DNA from: Christensenella sp. UBA6880
Lineage (GTDB): Bacteria; Bacillota; Clostridia; Christensenellales; CAG-917
Assembly (NCBI GenBank): GCA_002449145.1
Contig: DKCG01000041.1
Location: 37,791 to 101,790, forward strand
Direction: 5' to 3'
Length of the DNA stretch: 64,000 nucleotides
The position numbers and the translations under genes are program-made. The notes under the pieces were generated by a model. The model made no database searches. It worked only from the letters and a program-made list of their open reading frames with translations, and was not told the origin of the DNA. This document shows positions 55,236 to 64,000 of the stretch, in pieces. How positions within the stretch are numbered: the stretch's first letter is position 1; each line of letters starts with the position of its first letter.

Positions 55236-57410
55236 TCAAATCAAACTTTGCGGATTGATTTCGACGAACACGTTGCATTTTTTCGATTTGTTTTGGTCGG
55301 CGATTTTGTATATTTCGCCGATGATATTCTCAAATTGTTGCGGCTCAATCCTCATCATCACTTGATAGCGGCAAAGACCGTTCATACGCGTGACGGGCGA
55401 TTTGCTTGCGCCCAAGTACACGAATTTTCCGCTTTGCGACTGCAGATTCTGAACGGATTTATACACGTTTCTCGCCGCGTCCACCACGTCTTGCTCGTTT
55501 ACGGACGACAAAAGCACGCGCACGACTTTCGTAAAAGGCGGAAATTTGGTCACCATTCTCGTGTTGATTTCCTTTTTCCAAAATCCTATGTAGTCGTACG
55601 TTCTTCCGAAGCGAAAAACGTAATGTTTCGGCGCGTAGGTTTGAAGAATGACTCTGCCCTCTTTTTCCGCTCTGCCCGCTCTGCCCGCAACTTGCGTAAT
55701 GAGTTGGAACGTGCGCTCGCTCGAGCGATAATCGCTGAAATACAGCGCGGCGTCCGCTTCGAGAATACCAACGAGCGTGACGTTGCCGAAGTCGTGACCT
55801 TTTGCAATCATTTGCGTGCCGACGAGCACGTCCGCTTCCTTGTTGCCGAATGAGGAAAGAATCTTGAAATAACTGTCCTTTCTCACGGTCGTATCGTTGT
55901 CCATACGCAAGACTCTGACGCCGGGAATGAGATTTTTAAGTTCTTCGACAACCTTTTCCGTTCCGATTCTGCCTTGCTTTATCTCGTGACTGCCACAGTT
56001 TGGACACTTGGTCAAAGCGTGGTATCTGCGCCCGCAATAGTGGCATTTTAGTTCGTTGTCTTCCTTATGATAGGTCAACGAAATGTCGCAATCCTCGCAC
56101 TTTGCTATATATCCGCATTCCTTACAGCGGATAAACGAGGCAAAGCCTCTGCGATTGAGAAAGAGCATAGCCTGCTCGCCTTTTGCGACGGTTTCCTTGA
56201 GAGCCTCTTGCAAAGCAAGAGAAAACAGACTGCGATTGCCTTGTCTGAACTCTGCCGTCATATCCACGATTTCCATTTCGGGAAGTTTGTGTTTGGATAT
56301 TCTTTCGGGCAGCGATACGAGCCCGTACACGCCCTCGGTCGCTTTGAGATAGGTTTCCATATCGGGCGTAGCCGAACCGAGAATAAGCACGCAATCGTTT
56401 GCTTTTGCGCGGTATTCCGCAATAGTTTTCGTGTCGTAGCGCGGATTGGATTCCGACAAATAACTCGTGTCGTGTTCCTCGTCGATAATGATTGCGCCGA
56501 TGTTTTCGAGCGGTGCGAATATTGCCGACCTTGCGCCTATTGCGATGTGCGCTTTGCCGGTTTTGAGTCTTTTCCACTCGTCGTAGCGTTCGCTTGCGTT
56601 AAGTCCGCTGTGAAGTATCGCAACGTCGTCGCCGAATCTTGCGCGGAACAATCCGAGCATTTGCGGCGTAAGCGAGATTTCGGGAACGAGCATAATCGCG
56701 GTTTTGCCTTTTGCAATCATACGCTCTATCACGCACTCGTACACTTCGGTTTTTCCGCTTCCCGTAACGCCGTGCAAAAGATACGTTCCTTTCGCGCCGC
56801 AAAGCGTTTCCACCGCGCTCGCCTGCATTTCGGTAAGAACGACGTGCTTTTTCTCTCTTTGCAGAGTTTTGAGCGGCGTTGAACGCTCGTGTACGTCGCT
56901 TTCGGTCACGACGCCTTTTTCACGCAATCCGTTTATTGCGCTAACGCCGAATTTCGCGTTCAAAAAACTCAAAAACTGCCCGCCGTTAGAGGCGATATAG
57001 TCGAGAGCATCTTGTTGCTTTTCCGCCCTCTTTCCAACTATTTCTTTGAGTTCGGCAAGCGTTCTCGAATCGTCGGCGGTGAGAAATTTCCTCGTATATT
57101 CGGGGTCTTTTTCCTCGCGTAGTTGTTGAGGAACGAACAAGCGCAAAACGTCGATATAGCGCAGATTGTACGTTTTGCGCATAAAGTTCATAAGTCCCAA
57201 CTGTTCGGGACTTATGGGCGAATCGAGATATTGCGCTTTTTTAAGGTCTTGAAATTCCGACTTATCCTTTTTGCCGATAACAAAGCCGATAAGCCTCTTT
57301 TTTCCGAACTCGACAACGACTCTGCTGCCTATCGGCACGTCGTCGCCGATATAATCGAAAGTCCTGTCCACGTCGCTATTCGAGATGTTGACGATGACTT
57401 CCAGAATCAT
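55236..57410 (-). CDS. priA: primosomal protein N' (replication restart helicase PriA)
   Basis: 724 aa. Walker A GVTGSGKTEVY, DEEHD, Cys-rich zinc region (CKECGYIAKCEDCD...CHYCG...CPNCGS). Confidence 0.95.
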   Translation of the reverse strand: MILEVIVNISNSDVDRTFDYIGDDVPIGSRVVVEFGKKRLIGFVIGKKDKSEFQDLKKAQYLDSPISPEQLGLMNFMRKTYNLRYIDVLRLFVPQQLREEKDPEYTRKFLTADDSRTLAELKEIVGKRAEKQQDALDYIASNGGQFLSFLNAKFGVSAINGLREKGVVTESDVHERSTPLKTLQREKKHVVLTEMQASAVETLCGAKGTYLLHGVTGSGKTEVYECVIERMIAKGKTAIMLVPEISLTPQMLGLFRARFGDDVAILHSGLNASERYDEWKRLKTGKAHIAIGARSAIFAPLENIGAIIIDEEHDTSYLSESNPRYDTKTIAEYRAKANDCVLILGSATPDMETYLKATEGVYGLVSLPERISKHKLPEMEIVDMTAEFRQGNRSLFSLALQEALKETVAKGEQAMLFLNRRGFASFIRCKECGYIAKCEDCDISLTYHKEDNELKCHYCGRRYHALTKCPNCGSHEIKQGRIGTEKVVEELKNLIPGVRVLRMDNDTTVRKDSYFKILSSFGNKEADVLVGTQMIAKGHDFGNVTLVGILEADAALYFSDYRSSERTFQLITQVAGRAGRAEKEGRVILQTYAPKHYVFRFGRTYDYIGFWKKEINTRMVTKFPPFTKVVRVLLSSVNEQDVVDAARNVYKSVQNLQSQSGKFVYLGASKSPVTRMNGLCRYQVMMRIEPQQFENIIGEIYKIADQNKSKKCNVFVEINPQSLI

Positions 57411-58591
57411 AGAGCGTTCACCTTGTCGAGAATGACGTCGGCAAGTTCTCTCTTGCTCACTTTTCCGCTTTCAAACTCGTTGCCGTCGTTGTCGATTATC
57501 GTTGCGACGTTGGTATCTACGTCAAATCCCGCGCCCTCGACGGTAACGTCGTTTGCGACCACGAGGTCGGCGTGCTTCTTTTTGAGTTTGCCTTTGGCGT
57601 TTTCAATCAGATTTTCGGTTTCGGCGGAAAATACGACGAGTTTTCTTTCGCCCTTCTTTTCGCCGAGCGTTTTTGCGATGTCGGGATTTTTGACGAGTTC
57701 GAGGGTCAGCGTGTCGCTCTTGACCTTTTGCGAAAACGTGTTTTTCACCTTGTAGTCGGCAGGTGCGGCTGCCATTATCGCAACGTCGCAAGAGTCGAAC
57801 TCCGCATTGCAAGCGTCGAGCATTTCTTGCGTCGTGGTGACGTGAATTGCTTTTTCGACGCATTTTGGCACGTCAACCTTGACGTTTCCGTACACGAAAA
57901 CGACGCTTCCGCCTCTGTCCGCAACCGCTTCGGCAAGTGCCTTGCCCATCTTTCCGCTCGAATGATTTGCGATGACTCGCACGCCGTCGATTTTTTCTTC
58001 CGTACCGCCCGATGTGATAAGCACGCGCTTATTTTCAAAATCCTGCACGGGCGTGAGATAGTCCACGATTGCCTTCACTATGTCGCAAGGCTCTGCCATA
58101 CGCCCTTTTCCTACGTCGCCGCAAGCCAACAGCCCAACCGCCGAATCGCAAAAAAGTACGCCGCGCTCACGCAAAGTCTGCATATTCTTTTGCGTTGCAA
58201 CGTCATCGTACATATTGCAATTCATCGCGGGACAAATGAGTTTTTGAGCGTTCGAGGCAAGATACGTCGTCGTGAGCATATCGTCCGCAATGCCCTCTGC
58301 AAACTTTGCGATGACGTTTGCCGTCGCAGGGGCAACCACCAAAATATCCGCTTTTTTTGCAAGGGATATATGGTTGATGTCAAATTCCTTGACAGGCTCG
58401 AAAGCGTTTGTGACGACGGCGGATTTTGCGAGCGTTTGGAAGGTCAAAGGCGTGACGAACTCGCGGGCATTATCAGTCATAATAACGTCCACGTTTGCGC
58501 CCGACTTCTTGAGCCTCGATACGATTTCGCACGCTTTGTAAACGGCGATACCGCCGCTTACGCCCAAAACCACGTTTTTTCCGTACAGCAT
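57407..58591 (-). CDS. coaBC: bifunctional phosphopantothenoylcysteine decarboxylase / synthetase
   Basis: 394 aa. Flavoprotein N-domain (GVSGGIAVYK) plus a CoaB C-domain. 4-nt overlap with priA. Confidence 0.93.
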   Translation of the reverse strand: MLYGKNVVLGVSGGIAVYKACEIVSRLKKSGANVDVIMTDNAREFVTPLTFQTLAKSAVVTNAFEPVKEFDINHISLAKKADILVVAPATANVIAKFAEGIADDMLTTTYLASNAQKLICPAMNCNMYDDVATQKNMQTLRERGVLFCDSAVGLLACGDVGKGRMAEPCDIVKAIVDYLTPVQDFENKRVLITSGGTEEKIDGVRVIANHSSGKMGKALAEAVADRGGSVVFVYGNVKVDVPKCVEKAIHVTTTQEMLDACNAEFDSCDVAIMAAAPADYKVKNTFSQKVKSDTLTLELVKNPDIAKTLGEKKGERKLVVFSAETENLIENAKGKLKKKHADLVVANDVTVEGAGFDVDTNVATIIDNDGNEFESGKVSKRELADVILDKVNAL

Positions 58592-58642
58592 AATAAGCCT
58601 CGTTTCAATCGAGATTGAAAAATCGTCGTAATACCGTTCGGA

Positions 58643-58837
58643 TTAGTCGCGAACGATTTTGATTTTGTCTTCGTAGATTTCCTTGCAAGCGAGCGAAATG
58701 GGTTTCAAACCGCTCTTTTCAAGGTAACTGCTTTCGGTCGTTGCGAGTTCGCGCGCGCGTTTTGCAACGGCGACGGTAAGTGCGTATCTGCACTCTGCGT
58801 GTTTGATGAGTTTGTCGATGGGGGGATCGATCATCAT
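58643..58837 (-). CDS. rpoZ: DNA-directed RNA polymerase subunit omega
   Basis: 64 aa. ..SRYALTVAVAKRARELA-type sequence (here ECRYALTVAVAKRAREL). gmk-rpoZ synteny. Confidence 0.9.
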   Translation of the reverse strand: MMIDPPIDKLIKHAECRYALTVAVAKRARELATTESSYLEKSGLKPISLACKEIYEDKIKIVRD

Positions 58838-58929
58838 AGTTTGTTTCCTCCGATTGAGTATGTAAATTTGTTTTGTTTTTATGTTTACGCTTTGTGAGCG
58901 AGTTTTTACGATGTTTTTTATTGCTCTGC

Positions 58930-59502
58930 TTATTTAAGTTCCGCCCTTCTTTTTTCGAGGTAGTTTACGATTTTGTCGGCGCAAACGTCTGCAACGTCGT
59001 TTATCACGACAAAGTCGTAGTACGGTATGCACTTTCTTTCAAACTCGATTTCGTCAAGGCGTTTTTTGAGAGAATCGGGCGTTTCGCTACCTCTGCCGAT
59101 AAGGCGTTTTTTGAGTTCTTCGAGAGACGGCGGATTGATGAATATCGTCACGCAATCGGGATACACTTTTTTGATGTTCATTGCGCCCACGCTATTGATG
59201 TCGAGCAGCACGTCGAAGCCTTGATTGCGCTTCGTTTCCACTTCGCATTTGAGAGTGCCGTAGCAGTTTGTGAAAGTGCGGGTGTATTCCACAAATTCGT
59301 CGTTGTCGGCGCGCTTTACAAACTCGTCCTCGGTGATGAAATAGTAATCCACGCCCTCTTTTTCGCCGTTTCTCGGCTTTCTCGAAGTGCAGGACACCGA
59401 AAATCTCAGATTCGGCATCTTTTGGAACATTTTTGATATAACGGTACTTTTGCCCACGCCGCTGAATCCCGACACGACGATGAGCAATCCTTTGTTGTGC
59501 AT
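58930..59502 (-). CDS. gmk: guanylate kinase
   Basis: 190 aa. P-loop SGFSGVGKST and a TSRKPRNGE motif. Confidence 0.95.
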   Translation of the reverse strand: MHNKGLLIVVSGFSGVGKSTVISKMFQKMPNLRFSVSCTSRKPRNGEKEGVDYYFITEDEFVKRADNDEFVEYTRTFTNCYGTLKCEVETKRNQGFDVLLDINSVGAMNIKKVYPDCVTIFINPPSLEELKKRLIGRGSETPDSLKKRLDEIEFERKCIPYYDFVVINDVADVCADKIVNYLEKRRAELK

Positions 59503-59531
59503 AATCGTTTACCTTCCGGATTGAATATTCG

Positions 59532-60407
59532 TCATTCGACGTTTGCGGCTTGTTCGCGCATTTTTTCTATCTCGTTCTTGATTGCAAGAACTTCATTCGT
59601 GATTCGCATATCGTTTGCTTTCGAGCCTATAGTGTTGGTTTCTCTGTTGAACTCTTGTACGAGGAAGTCCATTTTGCGCCCGACGGGTTCGTTTGCCTCG
59701 AGAAGCGAGCGCATATTCGCGATATGAGTGGAAAGTCTCGTGATTTCCTCGTCTATTGCGCAATGGTCGGCGTAGAGCGCGACTTCGGTTGCGAGGCGTT
59801 GTTTGTCGATGAGCGACGGCTCGACCACTTCGGCGATTCGAGCGTTGAGATTGGCTCTGTAATCCTCAACCACTTTCGGCGCAAACTCTTTGATATGTTC
59901 GAGGCAATCTTTGATTGAATCGAGTTTCTTTACGAAATCGACCTTTTGCGATTGACCTTCTTTTTCACGCATAGATTTGAGATTTTCAAGCGCAAGATTC
60001 ACTGCTTCGAGAGTCATTTCGCAAAGCAAATCCTCGTCCTCGACCGCTTCTTGTCTCGTCACTATGTCGCCGACTTTCAAGAGAGTCGAAACCGTCACGT
60101 CGTTTTCGAGTCCGGTGCCGTCCGTAAGTTTTTTAACAGCAGCAAGATAATTGTTTGCAAGTTCGAGATCCACCGTGTACGCGCCCTCGTCCGTCGACGA
60201 TTGTTCATAGGTGAGATAAAGATCGACGTGACCTCTCGATATTGCCTTGGAAACGGCTTTTTTCAATTTGTCCTCCACGAACAAGAAGTTGCGAGGAAGT
60301 TTGAAATTACAATCCAAAAACCTGTGATTTACGGTTTTAATTTCGATGGTTATGGTCTTTCCGTCGCGTTTTGAAACGCCTTTGCCATACCCTGTCATAC
60401 TGTGCAT
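59532..60407 (-). CDS. yicC: YicC/YloC family stress-induced protein (endoribonuclease YicC-like)
   Basis: 291 aa. MHSMTGYGKG N-terminus and the C-terminal DUF1732-like EIEKMREQAANVE. Position upstream of gmk as in Bacillus yloC. Confidence 0.88.
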   Translation of the reverse strand: MHSMTGYGKGVSKRDGKTITIEIKTVNHRFLDCNFKLPRNFLFVEDKLKKAVSKAISRGHVDLYLTYEQSSTDEGAYTVDLELANNYLAAVKKLTDGTGLENDVTVSTLLKVGDIVTRQEAVEDEDLLCEMTLEAVNLALENLKSMREKEGQSQKVDFVKKLDSIKDCLEHIKEFAPKVVEDYRANLNARIAEVVEPSLIDKQRLATEVALYADHCAIDEEITRLSTHIANMRSLLEANEPVGRKMDFLVQEFNRETNTIGSKANDMRITNEVLAIKNEIEKMREQAANVE

Positions 60408-60437
60408 ATACGCGCACCCGCCTAATAATTTTTTGAT

Positions 60438-60466
60438 ATTATATCACAAAGTTTATTCAAACACAA
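60438..60466 (-). promoter_or_regulatory. candidate promoter of the yicC-gmk-rpoZ... operon
   Basis: - strand: TTGTGT (60466-61), 17-nt spacer, extended -10 TGaTATAAT (TATAAT 60443-38). Confidence 0.45.
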
Positions 60467-60494
60467 CAAATTGCGCCAACAATATGACAAAAAT

Positions 60495-60516
60495 AAAAAG
60501 GCACTTGTGCCTTTTT
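60495..60516. terminator. short bidirectional terminator-like hairpin after ligA
   Basis: AAAAAGGCA-CTTG-TGCCTTTTT (9 bp, four of them G/C-containing), 49 nt after the ligA stop. Confidence 0.5.
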
Positions 60517-60564
60517 AAGTTGAAAAAACAATATTTTTCGAGTTTTAATCGAATTTAGGTTCAA

Positions 60565-62517
<1,953 letters not shown>

Positions 62518-62702
62518 CTATTTGTTGCCTTAATTTTGAAAGGCATACCCATTCAAACTTAACTTATAATTCGCTTATTGTCAATATCGCATTTATGCGT
62601 ATGCGGATTTTCGAGTATCTGACCGCATTAATTCGCATTTTAGTTTGCAAATTTGCGATTTTCGCAATATACCGAAAAATGCGTTTTCACGCCGATTTTT
62701 TA

Positions 62703-64000
62703 TCAGCCGTTTTCTTTTTTGTCTATGACTTTGAGGTTTGCCGCCGCGATTGCGAGCGAGAATCTCTTTACGCCCAAACCCTTAAACGCGATTGCCGCAA
62801 TCTTGTCTTCGCCGTCGCCGCTCGTTTGAATTATGATACCGCGACCGAACTTGTTATGCTCGACGATTGTGTCCTTTTTGAATTGCGAATAGTCAACGTT
62901 CGAGGCTTTTTTCGGCGTTTCGAGAGTGGATTTTGAAAATCCGTTCGACAAATTCTTTTTGAACGCCGAAGTTTGCGGATTGTTCACGCCGAGTTTAATG
63001 CGGTCTTTGGTATCGAACGTAGGCGACGTATAATTGGAATTTGCGTAGCGCATAGAGGATTTGAATCCGCTCATTTCGCCCACGAAACGGCTTTTCGGCA
63101 AGTATTCCGTACGCCCGAAACGATAGCGTTGACGAGCGTTGAGAACAAACAATTTCTTTCTCGCGCGCGTTATTGCGACGTACATAAGTCGTCGCTCTTC
63201 CTCTACGTCGCCCGCCGTAATCGCTCTTTGCGTGGGGAAAATTCCGTCTTCGAGCGCAACGAGGAACACGTCGTCGAATTCGAGTCCTTTCACCGCGTGT
63301 ATCGTGGCGATCGTGACGTAGTCGTCGCCACTCATTTCGTCCGTGTCCGAAACGAGCGCGACCGATTGCATAAAGTCGGATATGCTCGCACCATCGTTGT
63401 CCTGCTCGAATTGCTGAACCGCGGACACGAGTTCTTCGATGTTTTCGAGGCGGTTTGCGTCGTCGGGGTCTTGACTTTGGGAAAGCGCGGCTTCCAGTCC
63501 GCTTCGACGAATGACGTATTGCACGAACTCAACCGCCTGCATTTGCTTTGAGAATTGCACCAAATCCGTCGCTATTTGCGTAAACGGCGCAAGTTTTTTT
63601 GCGGTCGTCGGCGTGAGCCATTCGGGATTAAGAAGCACCGAAAACATAGTCGCGGACTTTGCTTTTGCAACGTCTTGCAACTCTTGTACTGCCGTGTTGC
63701 CTATGCCGCGCTTGGGATAGTTCACCACGCGCAGAATACTGTCGTTGTCGCTCGGATTTATTGCAAGGCGAACGTACGCCAAAGCGTCCTTGATTTCCTT
63801 GCGTTCGTAGAATCTAAAACCGCCGAAAACCTTGTACGGTATGCCGTGCAGATTAAATTCTTCTTCAAACTGACGAGTCACCGAGTTTGCGCGCACCAAA
63901 ACCGCCATATCCTTGTAATTTTCGCCGTTTCTGTGCAACGTATTTATGGTTCTAGCGACATACGTCGCCTCGTCGCGGTCGTTGTACGCCTCATAGTACT
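62703..64000 (-). CDS. pcrA: ATP-dependent DNA helicase PcrA/UvrD, C-terminal part (gene continues beyond the window)
   Basis: The frame stays open up to position 64000 (..YYEAYNDRDEATYVARTINTLHRNGENYKDMAVLVRANS..). Motifs V/VI (TIHAVKGLEFD, RRLMYVAITRARKKL), C-terminal Tudor-like tail. pcrA-ligA synteny. Confidence 0.9.
   Translation of the reverse strand, partial: YYEAYNDRDEATYVARTINTLHRNGENYKDMAVLVRANSVTRQFEEEFNLHGIPYKVFGGFRFYERKEIKDALAYVRLAINPSDNDSILRVVNYPKRGIGNTAVQELQDVAKAKSATMFSVLLNPEWLTPTTAKKLAPFTQIATDLVQFSKQMQAVEFVQYVIRRSGLEAALSQSQDPDDANRLENIEELVSAVQQFEQDNDGASISDFMQSVALVSDTDEMSGDDYVTIATIHAVKGLEFDDVFLVALEDGIFPTQRAITAGDVEEERRLMYVAITRARKKLFVLNARQRYRFGRTEYLPKSRFVGEMSGFKSSMRYANSNYTSPTFDTKDRIKLGVNNPQTSAFKKNLSNGFSKSTLETPKKASNVDYSQFKKDTIVEHNKFGRGIIIQTSGDGEDKIAAIAFKGLGVKRFSLAIAAANLKVIDKKENG

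Overview
Chromosomal, mostly housekeeping segment of a Bacillota (Clostridia-like) genome; genes are about 45-50% GC and spacers are much more AT-rich. The gene order closely follows the Bacillus subtilis frr-infB-ribC, mutSL and yloC-spoVM-recG neighbourhoods.

Left block (1-16.4 kb, all + strand): frr (3' end), uppS, cdsA, dxr, rseP, ispG, a polymerase-less PolC-like exonuclease gene, then rimP-nusA-ylxR-ylxQ-infB-rbfA-nrnA-truB-ribF and an endonuclease-IV-family gene.

A 733-bp ORF-free AT-rich spacer (16453-17185) marks a convergent switch of gene orientation.

Right block (almost entirely - strand): ynbB-like PLP enzyme, miaA, mutL, mutS, miaB, (PBP1A on +), thiI, cysteine desulfurase, an Smr-less mutS2, pheST, an AT-rich orphan membrane-anchored gene, rnpB (+), recN-argR-nadK, tlyA, a 4-TM OapA-like gene, recG-fakA-asp23, rpmB (+), an unannotated 28-codon SpoVM-like ORF, rpe, rsgA, rlmN, rsmB, fmt, def, priA, coaBC, rpoZ, gmk, yicC, ligA and the 3' part of pcrA.

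I saw no tRNA or rRNA genes, CRISPR arrays, transposases or phage genes.

The most interesting element is a ~575-nt ORF-free, GC-rich RNA at 44240-44814 (- strand). It is driven by a consensus promoter, has nested long-range helices, and sits directly upstream of the OapA-like gene in a tlyA-nadK-argR-recN context. The best explanation is an OLE-class ribonucleoprotein locus; if covariance-model searches fail, it would be a new large structured RNA.

Other points worth a second look:
- the PolC-derived exonuclease without a polymerase
- a leaderless small membrane protein with a Lys-rich tail inside the same locus
- the SpoVM-like micro-ORF
- the Smr-less MutS2, which is translationally coupled to a small membrane protein
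- the terminus-like spacer
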